This document shows, in pieces, positions 33,101-46,100 of a stretch of DNA of 64,000 nucleotides (the stretch's first letter is position 1; every line of letters starts with the position of its first letter). The notes under the pieces were generated by a model. It did not search any database. It worked only from the letters and a program-made list of their open reading frames with translations, and was not told the DNA's origin. The translations under genes were made by a program, and so were the position numbers. The stretch is from Antedon mediterranea (lineage: Eukaryota; Animalia; Echinodermata). The DNA lies in the NCBI RefSeq assembly GCF_964355755.1, contig NC_092670.1:12572795-12636794 (forward strand). Reading direction: 5' to 3'.

Positions 33101-36100
33101 GATATTGTACCCACTCATTACACTTGCACTGTGCAGTCATTTTTCCAAACTCTTTATCTATCTATATTATTAATAAGATAATTAAAGAAGTAATCAATTT
33201 TTCTCTTTGAAAAAGTATGGTTATGATAAAACCGAAGTTTCAGATGACTAGACACTTTAAAATAAACCTTCCAAATATACATTACTTGAAATAATAAGGT
33301 GCAGTATACTTGATATTATAACTGAACTTGTTTACAATTTAATTCAGCTTTGTCAGAATTCTGTCAAAGCCATTTCTGCTACATGCACAAATATTGCATT
33401 GGACACAGACAAAGTGGAAATATGTTTTTAAAAAGATCTGTAGCGACTGACTATCTGTCACCGAGATAACTCTTGTGGCAATTCTCCTTTAACGATGACA
33501 GGTAAGCAGGTCAAAAAATGTTAACAAGGTATTGTTGATAACTTCAGAAGGAAGAAATAATAAGCAGGGATGATGCATACAAGCAAAAACACTGCATTAG
33601 CCAGAAAATGTACAAGATGGATGGATGAATTTGGAGCTAAAAAATTAGAAAGAACAATAAAGATTCAGCTTAATGCATTGTCCGACTCTAAATGTTAAAT
33701 GAATGAAAGTTTAAAAATACAGTGTGCCTTAAAAATTAGCAATCAATACTAGATCCCGAATAACAATCAGTTGTTGACGGCAGTGATAATACAGTATTGT
33801 GTACATACACATATATTATGGATGATCTTATAATAATCCTGTGATGTTGCAATGCTTTGCTTGTAAAGTTAAAACAGGTAAAACCTTTTTATTAGTAGAG
33901 TACATTCCAAGCACTTTGGAATTCAAAAAGGTTTCCAAGTGCATTTATTATGTTTGGTAAGTCCATTATATACAAAAACTACTACACTAGTAGTCTGCTA
34001 GATCTTGTAAAACCACTTGCCAAAATGCTATCAAGTCTAGTCTATTTAAGGTGGGTTTACACTAGAGAGTTCTGATCCAGAAATTGGACTACAATCACTT
34101 GTATACTGTAGTTGAGTCAGCTATACAGGTAAATCTAAAACTTCAAAATAATATTATACAGTAGTATGAATTGGAAAGATAAACTAAATTAATTCCCCAA
34201 CTCCTATTGCTCATTTATTGGGCAAATATCAAACAAAGAAGTCTGTTAAATCTTTAAACTAATAATGAAATATATATTTTTTAAAGCTTTTTTTCAGATT
34301 TTAAGTATTGTACACTACTGTATATGCAATTTTTTTTTTATGTTTTTTTAAAATACAATGATACTGTAGTCTGCTAACTTCATATCTCTCACACCTGTTT
34401 AATGTTTTACTACCTACAGTACATTTTTTTTTAAAGAATATTGGCAATTAGCCACAGAAAAGTACTGTAAATTGCAATTGCATCTTGAACAAGAAAGCAT
34501 TCAGCCACAGTGTAAACAAGGAGTACCCAGGCTTTGTCCTGTTTGTTTATCATTTACCACTAAAAAAATATAAAATACTTACAATCTAATTTATGCCAAA
34601 TTACACACAATACAATATTCAAATAAACAAGGTGTGTGGATCGTGACCAACAAAAAATGGTAATTAACTTAAGGATATGGTTTACAAGATAAGATGAAAA
34701 AGGTGAAGGATATTTTATAAAGAGGTATATTAACACACTGGAACCCACTATTAATAAAATGAATTTATGTTGAATTGCAAGAATACAAAGATAGCATTTT
34801 ACTGTTTACGCCAACAGGAACGTGACTGGTAGTACTTATTTGTGGTCTATTATCATAATTTATGCAGGATACAGCCTGCCACGCTGGTAACACTACACTG
34901 AACCTCACGGGTCTGGGATATGTTGAGTACACACTTTCTATGCTACAGGCTTGATATATGATCAGAGACTTGTCAAAATAGATGAGCATTGCTAGGCCAG
35001 AAAAGTGGCAAACACATTATGTTGTTTTTAAAACATAATTCACACCAATATTTTGCTATTTCTACTTCTAGAGTAAAGTTTGCCTTTCATACAATACTTC
35101 ATCATATCAAAGTTAAGACTTAGTACTTCATCACATGCACTACCAAATATTAATCTGGTTGATTACCTCTTAATTTCTCATTCAACTATGTAACTTAGGT
35201 CTAGTGACCCACCACAGGACACAATTATAAACACGGTTATCTATTTGCAATTAGACTGTTGATGGCATCTTTATGGATCCACAAGGAATTCCATTAGGAA
35301 TTTATTACTAATTTTTAAAATAATATTGCTACCTTTGTTAATATAACAGTGGACATAAAACTTTATATTGCGATGTCCATTTAAGATAAATAGGGTTGCT
35401 ATGGCCTAGATTCCTAGTCAGTCTTTGCACAACCAAACTGACTTTGACACACTGTATAACTATATATATCTTTGAATGTGGGGGAACCGTGGGCCAAGGA
35501 CCAAAAAATGTATTAAAATGAAAAAAAAACCAGGAATACGTAGCCCAAAAACAACCAAAATAGTTTCACTATTAAAGGTATACAGTAATTTAGACTTGCA
35601 TAATAAAAGAAAACACTCGTTTTTAAATTGACAAATTTGCTTCAGAAATCTGTCCAGCAAATTAAGCTAATATTTACTCAAATTCCAAGTACCACAGTTG
35701 TACATCCGTAGCACAATTCTATGTACCGCCAATATTTGAACCAACGTTAAAATGTAAACACAACTATTGTTGGGTATTATTACTTGTAAGAAGCCTCAAG
35801 TGACTAACAGACAGTAGAATGGTTGGTTTACTCAGTGCAATGAAAGAAAAGACACCTTGGTTTTAGTGATCCAGTCCACTGAGTAATGTTGGCTAATACT
35901 AGTTATGTCTATATCATCCTATAGGTCTTATAGCAAAAAGGCCCATTTACACTAGAACAACGATCAATGATAAATATGAATTTTTTTATACATTTACCTT
36001 TACTTATTACACTTACATTACAGTACTAACTTTGTGATATTTACCAGGCTAATGCAAGTGTACCCTTCAGTACAGTACAGATTGTCTTTTTTTTTTTGTA

Positions 36101-39100
36101 GAAGATTCAAAGAAACTTTGCCATTTATAAATAGTTGTTTTCCTAAACAAAGGTTGCTGCTGCAAATTAGAAATTTTAGTTAAAACAACATCTGAGAAAC
36201 CTTGTGGAGAGAGTTACGACTTCAAACTACTTTTGTTGAAATGATGAGTTAATGCTGTGTAGCTGTTTGTGTGACATTTTAAATACAGTGATTATTAAAA
36301 CGGGGAACAAAGATTGAAGGATATGAAAATAACAAATATTTAATTCTGCCATTCAAGTTGAAAATAAACGTTGGCCACCTGAAATAACAGTCTTTAAAAC
36401 ATTCTCAATTTAAATGATTTTGCAAATTATAGGACTAACACCTAGTCTGTACTATAAATAAACCTTTTTAAAATGTGCAGTATTATTTTGTTAAATTGAT
36501 TTTTAATATAACAACAACACGCCTAAGAACATAGCAAACATCTTGACATAAGTACCTACTGTCAGAGATGACTAACATAAAGATGTCTATACCAACAATT
36601 ATTTTGTGGATGACAAGCGTTAGTCATTGTTAATATACAGTAGACCATAGCAACAGACGTACAAATAGAAAAAATTTGTGGAAACGTACTTTAAATAGTT
36701 TATTGTTATATATTATTGGTTTGCTGGTTTGGGAGTCAGTTATATATAGAACTCTCATTAAGGGGTCAACTTCAATAAGGACCCAACAAAGTGTCTCCTT
36801 AATGGGGATGTCTCCTTAATATGGGCTAGCTTTAGTGTTAAACTATTACGGGCTAGCTTTAGTGTTAAACTATTACGGGCTAGCTTTATTGTTAAACTAT
36901 TACGGGCTAGCTTTCGTGTTAAACTATTACGGGCTAGCTTTAGTGTTAAACTATTACGGGCTAGCTTTAGTGTTAAACTATTACGGGCTAGCTTTAGTGT
37001 TAAACTATTACGGCCTAGCTTTAGTGTTAAACTATTACGGGCTAGCTTTAGTGTTTACCTCTATCTAGGTTGCTTTACAGGAAAATACCCCATTAATAGG
37101 GGTCTCCCTGATTAGGGATTATATTGTTATGATATAAGAGTTGTGTACAGTAATTAAACCCTCATAGTGGGTACCCCCCAGTATAAAGAAAAAAAATATA
37201 TAATCCACATGCCTAAGAGTCCTAGTCCGAGTCATACAGTAGATTATGAGGTTGAGCTAGTTAAAAATGATGTGTAGCTAGAGAAGACCTATGTTTATTA
37301 AGCGGCTGAGTGATGTTGGATAATGATAATTATCTAGATAACAAAAACGTACTTTGTATCAGCTATTTGTTTAGCACTTTATTCTTGCCTATAAATGTAA
37401 CGATACAGTTCTGAAACACTACCAAATGTGGGCATTAAAAGGCCATCACATAACTTGTCTGTAATAGTAGTATAAGAAAAAGATTATAAGGGTACTATAT
37501 TACAGAATAATTGTTCAGGTCACTAATATTTTATTCTGATTAATAGAGTATCATTTTCTGAGTAGGATGCCACATTCCGTATCTTACATTAATTCAAAAA
37601 ACTTTTAACATTTCCAAGTTGGTATATGGTTCAATATTTTCACAAGAAAGTATTCTGTGATAAGCGGAGGTGGGCAGGAAAAAATGTGGGATATTTTAGA
37701 CTTTAAATTATGGTTGTAAGAGAGACCTCAATTGCATTGAGTCTTGCACCAAAGTAAATGAGGTATGCATATTGTACAATCTGTTTTTTTGTAGCAACAC
37801 TTATGCTTTTGACACCCATCGCTAGACATCCTTTTTTTTTCAAATATGACAAAACATTTTTAATTATTATAAATAAGATTAACATAATAATTGTTTTCAC
37901 TATTGCTTTACCAGAAAACACAACATTCCACCACAATCATTTTCTGCCTACTAGTGTATACAGTAGGTAGACATAATCCATTAAAGTCATATAGCTAGCT
38001 AGGGTAGGGTTCAAGGCTATGATAGCATCTCACAGTGCCAGTTCTTACATACAGCTCCACGTGCCATTGTTGACATTCAGCCTACTGACCTGGCTAGGCT
38101 AACAAAATCAAAAGAAAGTTTTATAACTTTACCCCCTATCTATTTTATTGTATACTAATTAAGTATTTTTCTACATTTGTTAAGCTTGCACCACGGGGTT
38201 GGCCAGTTCTTCATTTTAACCAAAAATAAACAAGACCAAACCAAGAAACCCTACACATTTACCCACTAGTACAGTATACTGAACTACTACTTATTAAGTT
38301 TTTATTATTTGTAGGCCTGAAAGAAATTATTGCCCATAGTTGTAAAAATTTAGTTAAGTATAATTTATGTAAAAGGGGCTGGACTTGATTAGTGTTTACA
38401 CTATTTTCTAGCTCCTTCCTTATGTTTTAAAATTTAATATTATTTATCATTGTAAAAAAACATTGGAAAATAAAGTTGAAGTTGACTACTAGGCCTAGAC
38501 CTACGTACCTGAGCTTCTTTGGGCTGTAAAACATCAAGCTGTTTGGGGCCTAGTCTGCTAGGCAGGCTATACTAGCACTAGGCCTAGACCTAGCCTACTA
38601 CCTAGTACTACTACCTAGGCCTCTAGGCCTACTAGAGTAGAGGCCTAAGCCATAAAAATAAAACAGATGCAAACAATACAAATTAAATATCATACTTTTT
38701 ATATTATACAGCTACTTTATTATTATTCCTTGATGTATGAGCAACCACATCGCAAAGCTATTTGTTTCTGTAGGTTAATCTAAAGCAAAGGATAACTTCT
38801 ATTCAGACTAACTTACCACGCTGCCATTTTGAAAAGAGTTATTTTTAGTATATTTTGGAAGAAACCATTTTGCTTAAAACGATCGTCCGTAATATTTTAT
38901 TTCTTATTATCAATGCACATAGTTCTGTACTCATTTTACCAATATTATGTAAATGTTTATTATTATTATTATTCAACTTTGAGTACAGGTTAAACTAAAT
39001 TATTTTGTTGACTGAAATTTAATTAAAGATATACCCCATGGTAAAATCGGTACAACCTGTAAACAATGAACCAATAGCAGGCGAGCATCTGTGACTAATG

Positions 39101-42100
39101 TTGTTATACTGTACTGCTATCCGACGGATGCAATTTTCATTATCATTTTTCTTTATTAAATGTATTTAAATGATCTGTAATAATTCATCGAATGCAAATA
39201 CATTGTAGAAATGGAATGAAATTGATGAACTTAAGAATAATAATTGGTTTTGATTGTTTAAGTATTATTTTTGAGTATTACTCTTTTTTTAAAGTAATTA
39301 GCCTTATGAATCAACTCAGTCCGTTATCTTACACTTCAAAGCAATCAATTTAATGAAATGTAATGTTTTCATTTACGTGATATTATTATTGATTAGGCAA
39401 CAAAATCAGAAGATCCAATCCACTTCAACAACAACAAAAATCTGCATAGATCAAACGAAAACTAAACATCACTAAACACAAGATGAGATGATAATATGAA
39501 TATGCTCATTAGTGTACATGTCTGAATAATGGTACAGTCCAATTTCAATTATTATAATGACTAACCCGATTAACTTAGCGAATCGTTAAATTATAGCCTG
39601 TTTATTTAATCTACGAATAGGCCTAGATATCGGTTTTTTTACGAGCCAAAGATGATGTGTGTTCATGCTATGGTAAATCATACGAACAAGAAAGAAATGA
39701 ATAAATATAATAAGGACACCAATGACAACACCAAGCAAAGCAAAGGGTCTTAACAATTTCAGACGACAAATCATCGTTGTTAAATTTAGATTGTTTCTTG
39801 TCAAGATTTTTTGTCACGATAAAAAAAATAAAAACACAACAATTACACACCAATGGAAGAAGTTTAAGACAGGAAAGAAACTATGATGGATAAATTTGAA
39901 AACGCACACCAGTACCACTAGACAAATAATTAATTAACCTCAATTTCAATTGCCATGTTTTCATTTCACAGTCAGTCGACCAGTGTTGCTGAGTAGTTAT
40001 CTTTGAGTTCGTTTAAACTCAGCCTCTGCGGTGGAGAAGACAATGGTGAAGAAAAGAAACACATTTTTTTTTTCAGATTTATTTATAACTATACATACTT
40101 GCATTTATACGTACCAAATGCATAAATATTTGTACATTTTTAAACAATACTGTAACAGCAAAATATAAAACCGTCATCAATAATTTGTACCGATGATCAA
40201 TTTACGTCGGTCAGTTTGCTAGCGTGTCCCGAATTAATTTAGGTGTTATTTATTTAGTTTATTTATTTTCCGTAAGGATTATCTGTTGCATCCTAAACTA
40301 CGCACAGTGCATGCAGTGATCGTTTTTTTTTTACGAATTGTCTTGTCTTAAAATTTTGCAACGACCTATAGCATATGATATACCTATACACCAATTTCGT
40401 CGATTCCTCCAGGTTCAGGTAGCAACCCATGGCTAATTTTCATAGACTTGGGCCTGTATTTTAGTTGCGAGGGAAAAAATCGAAATTAATTTTACGGAGG
40501 TACGACGACTTGGGACAGATGACGTAACGCTAAAGATCGTCGCAAATCGTGTTTTTTTTTCTTTCCGTAATTCCTACAGCAACAAGACTGGAATATATAA
40601 TATGACGTAGTAGATATTCTTCCCAAAATTATGCATTTTTAACAACGAATTATATACTTCAAAATTGTATTCATATATGAATAATATTTTATAAAATGTA
40701 ACTTACCCATACGGAGATTGAACAAGTACTGGTGACTGAAACGATCGTGGATATACATCTGAAAAATTAATGGAAAACATGTAACATGTAATGTTAATAG
40801 CCAATTCTCGGTCGTACGTAGATTTAGTATCATAGGCAATTGTGTAATTCAGGTATGAATCACATGTGACCTTCGCCTGTATCATAATAAGCCATAAGCA
40901 TAACATTAAGGTAACACAGTGTCACATGTGATACATGTCACACTGTATTACTTTTTAAATTATTATTGAATAATAGAGGGAAAAGAAGGGGAAGATAAAA
41001 ATAAACGAACAGAAAGAAAAAAAATGACATGAAGTTTAAATCCTCTGCCATGACGGGATTATTGGTTAACAATGCACTCAATGCCATGAAGTTTCCCAAT
41101 TCATTATAGGTATTCCTTGTCTTTTTTTTCCAAATTATTATTACCAAATTGAAAAACATCTTGGTGGAAAACCAGAGTCATACACATTAAAGATTTTATG
41201 TTTAGCTTCAACAGTTCAGTTTCACTGTTACAACAACAAACATTAGCCAGATGTTTTCAAACCATTGGACTTGATTTTAAACATAAAAATGTCTTTTCTG
41301 ATTGAAATTGCGATGAAAAACATTCGTGTTATAAACATAAAGGTCGTGTCATTTATATATAATAAAAATGTAAAATCTACTTGGACGGATATGGGGAAGA
41401 CCTATGTAAATATTGATGGCCTTTTCGGGGTAAATTATAGTTGAAACATTTAAATTGTATAACTCTGTATAACGTCCCACACATCAATCACTACTTTTGG
41501 CAGTAACTGTTGTTTCTCGTATAGTAAGTGTATCTCTCTTTCCAGAGTGCAGTATCTTTATAAAGTGTCATTTTAATCCATAAGGGCGGGTTCAAAGCCT
41601 GTAAGCTATATACCTGTATGATACTCACTGGCTGTTGTTGGGTTGTTTCTTGGTTTTGCTCCTAGGAAGGCTAGGTTCACGTTAGCTTTCCTCCCGTCGA
41701 TTATTGGATTTGGATCTTTGCAGGCTGCGGCTGCTGATTCTTTCGTTGACATCGTAACCTTAAAAAAGAAGAAAGAAAAAGAGATATTCAGCCAAAAGAT
41801 GATATACTATAATAGTAAGCCTTAATCAACTATCATAATACTGGTGATAATGTATATGAAGAAAATAAGAAAATATTTATATATTATTAGTCATGATATC
41901 TTGTTAATGATTTAAACTTGAACAGTTGTTTGGTACAGGCCTACATCTAACAACCTCATCGATCGCATGTTATTTTATCCAACAGTTACTAACTATAATA
42001 TTTATTGCAAAAGGGAGGCCTGTCTAGAAGTTGGGAGTTTACAACTAAAGAGCAAATGCCTTAGCTCAATGTCTGATTTCATAATGTTATCTTTAAAGAT

Positions 42101-45100
42101 AGGCTAGATTTGGTTTCCGGTTTTGGAAAGAAATGATGACTCTATTGAAGTTCAATTATTCTGTTTATCATCTTTTAGTACAGTAGATGACGGATCCAAC
42201 AGCTCTTTAATATTGTCAAACAATTGTTATTATGACCAGTATTACAACGACGATTTACTGTGAATTTTAGGCAATATAAACAAGGGGAAATCTAAAAAAC
42301 CTATACTATTTGATTGATGTACAAGGTTACGTTGGAACATGTAAGAACAACTTTAATACAACTACTCCGAATGTTTCCTTGTGTCATAAAAAAGAAAATC
42401 GTTAAATTTATATACAATATACCAAGATTTTGACATTTTACAAATTTGCCCGAATTCCTTAAAAATAAAGAATGCAAATTATTAACTTGTTTGTTAAACA
42501 AAACGTAGAATGTAAATCATAATACAATCATATCCTTGTTTACATGGAAAATATCAATTTCAATTAAATTCTGGTATTCGAGAAAAAAAATAGTATAAAA
42601 TGTCTGCAAGGAAAATGTATTCTTTTTACTTGGAAAAAGGGAAAGTTCGATTCATCAGCTATGTTGTGTGATATGTATCGGTCACGTGATATTAAGTTGG
42701 ATTCTCGCTATAATTAAATATGACAGCAACACGAATCTGAAACTTTTCGTACACAGCCGTTGCAAACAAATTGACCATATTTTTGGCAAAACGATTGATT
42801 GAGATTGTAATTGCAATAATTAAATGGGTCTGAGGTAATTGTGGTTTTAAAAGGACTGAAATGAGTTTAATTAATAACTATTAAATGGTATATACAAAAA
42901 GATGACGGCTAAATCATTGTATGACATTAGGAGTAGCGCTTGTAGGCCTACATAGATCGTACCAAGGTTTGAGGTAAGTTGACAGGAATCAAAATGTCTA
43001 CTCCTTTTATCTATCAGTGTTTCTCACTTGGCATGAGATGCGATCATCGTGGGTATAAATTTACGCCGGTTGAAGGTCATGTGTTACATAACATAAAGAT
43101 TTCATCCATACCGTTTTTATAATTTTTCTTGTTTAGTCTTGGTAATTCGAAGTTTTACTTTTATCCTAGACGTAAATGATGTATTTATAAAACAACCTAC
43201 ATATAAATTTAATTAACTATAGGCCTAATGAAATTGAAGTATATTTTTCAATAATTTGTAAAGGTGGTTTACCTCGACTAGAAAAATTTGTTGTTAACCT
43301 CCTATTTTGCCAAGTCAATATACTGACGGAGGTAAAATAGCCTACCTCCATGATAAAGTACTTGTAAGTCGACTGAAAGTGACAACATATAAATGCTTAT
43401 AGAATCAATCCAAATGAACAAATTGATGAGAGAAATTAAACTGATTTAGTTTGAACATTTAAGTTTCTATTTTTAATATAATCAGTTTAATGGCACTTTA
43501 AAATAATAATCAGTACTTTAATCTCAAATATATTTTTTTTATGATTATTTGATCATATTTATAAGATAACAAAAACCTCATTAATATAGTTATTAATCTC
43601 GCATCTTATCCACGTGTGTTTTTCAAGTAGAGCAGTAACCACGAAAAAATGGAATCCCACACATCAAGTGTTGTGATAAGTACATAACGAACGAACTATC
43701 GACCCTTTGATATCCCTATCAGAAAAGTGTATCGGAGAAGGTGAACGCCATTCATGACTAGACGGTTTATCACTAAAAGTGTGTACTTCTGGACTTTAAA
43801 TAGAAAATTTGTAGCACTTGAATTGTTCTCGTCAACAGCAAATATACTCATGTGTTAGAGTAGTCCTATTCAGCTGTTGTTTAGAATATTAATGGCTTAT
43901 TAGATCGAATGTGGTGCAAGAGGAGATAAAGACATGATTTGCAGATCTGCCTTTCTTGAATTAATGAATACCTCCATTTAAGAACCACGAATAAGAACAA
44001 AATGGAGACTACCGTATTACAGTGTTACTTACATTCTTAGTTACATTGAAATAATATATATTGTTTGATGATGATTGTGTAACATCGTAAAAATAGAATC
44101 AACAATACAGTATTACTGATTGCATCTTTGCATCTGATATGTACATCTATAGTCGGGCCTAAATTTCGTAATATATAGTTATTCGGCCTTCGTGACATTG
44201 CACCCATCTAATATTATACGGTTTTTTATAATAGGCGTATAGTAGTACTGTAGATTAGATTGTTGGTAGGAAATATTCAAGTTGTATGTTAAAAGAAAGA
44301 CGGAATACAAAGAAATCAATTGGTCGAATTTTAAGATGCTAATTGTTTCCGTCAACACATCAGGGGTATCTGTCCGATTTCGCGGTTCAAACTTCAAACA
44401 ATTGCACAATTACCATGGTAACGGGACGGAACGGCATGGTATTGTGACCGATAGCAGTGGATGCTCACGCAGCATGCAGTTCTTTTGTGCTCACTTGTCC
44501 TCCAGAGGTATTCTTTTTTAAAGAATGCTTTCTTATACGAGCAATTTAAACCTCTTGTTTTTTGTAGGTACATAATAAGCAAGTGTTTTTACTTCGTGAC
44601 ATAGCATGGCTTGAACTTAATTGTAAAGAGATTAGTTAACCCACAACCAACAATGGACGAAGCAGAATAGCAATACATAGTAAACAATATTATGAGATAA
44701 TCATAAATTATATATCTAATAATAATAAAGAAGTACACACAATTACAGGTTTACACAATGATGTATATATAAGTATATACAATAAGAGATATAATTTTTC
44801 AATATTGGTTCATTCCACCTACAGTAAATCAATTTAAGGCTTGTGTTAAATTATTGGAGAATCTAAGTAAATCCACGTCTATAAAAGTATATACACAATT
44901 AATTACAGATTTAAACATTATTATATATAGATTTGAAATATTACGCAATTATATGTATATAATTATAAGTATAAACAAGATAACAATAGAAAGTTTGTAA
45001 TCACAGTGATAATGGTTTATTCCACCAAATAAATAAACTCATCGTGTTAAATTTGTTATAGGCCTAGGTATAGAGTGTCTGTTGCAAGAACACTACATTA

Positions 45101-45733
45101 TAAATGTATATATGACGACCTGCATAACTATGTTAACCTTTACAACTTGATAGGCCAAGATATAATATGTATTGCCTATGTATTATACAGTATCTTGCAA
45201 AAAAAACATTATATATGCACAATATTATAAAGGTAATATGCTCAAATGAAGTATCGAAGTTCTAAAACATTTTTGCAAAAATTAATATGGTACACGTCAC
45301 GTTACATTGCTTAAAATCCAAATTCAGAAAAGGAAAACTATTCAAGGTCGTAACTATTTTCTGGTTCGATAACAAACACATTTTCACCACAGTACATTTC
45401 TTGTTTCTATATAGTATGTACCGAGCAATACGATAGGATATTTTATGAGTAGACTTTGAGTATATTATTCACATGAATGAATACGGGTCTCATAGTGCTA
45501 CTGATTTTGGTTTAATATTACGATCAAATAGTATAGCCGAATATAGAACGTGAGTATATACTTACAAATCCGTATCCTTTGCTTTTTCCCGTTGCTCTAT
45601 CTGTTATTACCACTGCTTCTTCTATCTCACCAAATGGTTTGAAAAAGTCTTTCAGAGTATCATCTGATGTATTGAAAGGTAGTCCTCCTACGAAGATTTT
45701 TGTAAACGTTGTGTCTTTTTGTCCTGGTAGCAT
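14862..45733 (-). CDS. RBM24: RNA-binding protein 24/38 family (SUP-12/Seb4-like), single RRM plus Y/A/Q-rich tail, 215 aa, 4 exons
   Basis: Exons 45566-45733, 41629-41758, 40707-40758, 14862-15159 (648 nt, intron phases 0/1/2). [23 protein letters not shown] and [19 protein letters not shown] are diagnostic. The C-terminus QQVQPERIP resembles vertebrate QQLQTDRMQ. Probably the single pro-ortholog of RBM24 and RBM38. Confidence 0.95.
21316..21422. mobile_element. Small MITE-like inverted repeat
   Basis: GGAGCTTTCGATTTGTGATGATC..GGTCGTCGCAAAACCGAAAGCTCC. Confidence 0.6.
22752..23192. repeat. 44-bp minisatellite x10 with an internal hairpin
   Basis: (TGTACCAAATTGGTCTTG-N6-CAAGACTAGGATAATGTACC)n. 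Confidence 0.97.
27334..27396. repeat. 20-bp tandem repeat x3
   Basis: (TTTAATCTGGATATTGTTGG)3. Confidence 0.9.
27460..27530 (-). mobile_element. tRNA-derived SINE head or tRNA pseudogene
   Basis: Minus strand GTCCCTGTGGTCTAATGGTAGGAT..GTTCGAATCTCGG with A and B boxes; anticodon and acceptor stems do not pair. Confidence 0.6.
31584..32024. mobile_element. Nested MITE with 9-bp TSD and internal 21-24-bp tandem repeats
   Basis: 36-bp perfect TIR GGGTGTTTCGAAACTAGAGACCCGAGACCAGAGACC; GTTTTTAAC at 31575-31583 and 32025-32033; internal (GGGTCTCCCTTTTCGTATAGTG)n. Confidence 0.9.
32085..32370. mobile_element. Degenerate TA-CCGTATTT..AAATAC MITE inside the foldback element
   Basis: TACCGTATTTATT start, GTAAATACAGG end, internal GTTTATT repeats; a similar end GTTTATTCGAATAAATACGGTA lies at 53491-53512. 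Confidence 0.45.
36823..37056. repeat. 27-bp minisatellite x~8.5 within a degenerate MITE-like sequence
   Basis: (GGGCTAGCTTTAGTGTTAAACTATTAC)n; flanks (GTGTCTCCTTAAT, TAATAGGGG) resemble the 14321 MITE. Confidence 0.93.
38817..38900 (-). promoter_or_regulatory. Putative internal promoter / mini first exon in RBM24 intron 3
   Basis: Minus strand reads CTCTTTTCAAAATGGCAGCGTG|GTAAGT (YY1-like/strong Kozak plus perfect donor). CCAAT at 38939 and 39071; TAGGCCTA/CTAG cluster just downstream; CpG density drops from here on. Confidence 0.5.
40336..40547. repeat. Degenerate inverted repeat (old MITE)
   Basis: TTTGCAACGACCTATAGCAT..ACGCTAAAGATCGTCGCAAA. Confidence 0.45.
40707..40758 (-). CDS. RBM24: RBM24/38 exon 3, 52 nt ([18 protein letters not shown])
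   Basis: tttttcag| acceptor, GG|GTAAGT donor; supplies the needed phase 1 to phase 2 shift; resembles vertebrate HPALIQRPFG. Confidence 0.9.
41629..41758 (-). CDS. RBM24: RBM24/38 exon 2 ([43 protein letters not shown])
   Basis: Long pyrimidine tract with ttaag| acceptor; A|GTGAGT donor. Confidence 0.96.
45566..45733 (-). CDS. RBM24: RBM24/38 exon 1 (RNP2 to RNP1)
   Basis: AAGATG start; TTT|GTAAGT donor; 168 nt. Confidence 0.97.
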
Positions 45734-45939
45734 CTTGAGAGTTTTTATCTCCTAAAATGGAAGTAAATAAGTTCGCTAAAGCGGCTAGATGAGTTTGATT
45801 CCGAAAGTTGCGGTGGCGGCGCGGTCGATAAGCCTTGGACGAAGCCTTGTTAATTAATATTGATGGGACTAAAAAGAAGAAGCTGTAAGCCAAACGAAAA
45901 CTGAACACAAACTAAACTGTTTCTTGAGTGAATGCCGGT

Positions 45940-46100
45940 TCTGTAGTGATTGAGTCAACACACTTCTTGCGCTCAGCAAGCCACTGTCGGAATGAATACA
46001 ATAGATCGTTAGGTGATTCAAGACACCTTCAAATGTCAGCTCCGCCCATTAATGAATAATTCATAAACGGCACACGGCCCAGCGCGGTGTCTATATATTT
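45940..46100 (-). promoter_or_regulatory. Putative RBM24 proximal promoter
   Basis: CpG-retaining segment upstream of the ATG with AP-1 site TGAGTCA (45951), GC box GGGCGGA (46041-46047 on -), palindrome ATGAATAATTCAT (46052-46064). Confidence 0.45.

Noticed and set aside
36835-37068. ORF (LNYYGLALV)n
   Set aside because: Translation of a 27-bp minisatellite; ORFs 22497-22847, 23089-23301, 47431-47646, 56407-56679 and 56751-57014 are likewise repeat artefacts
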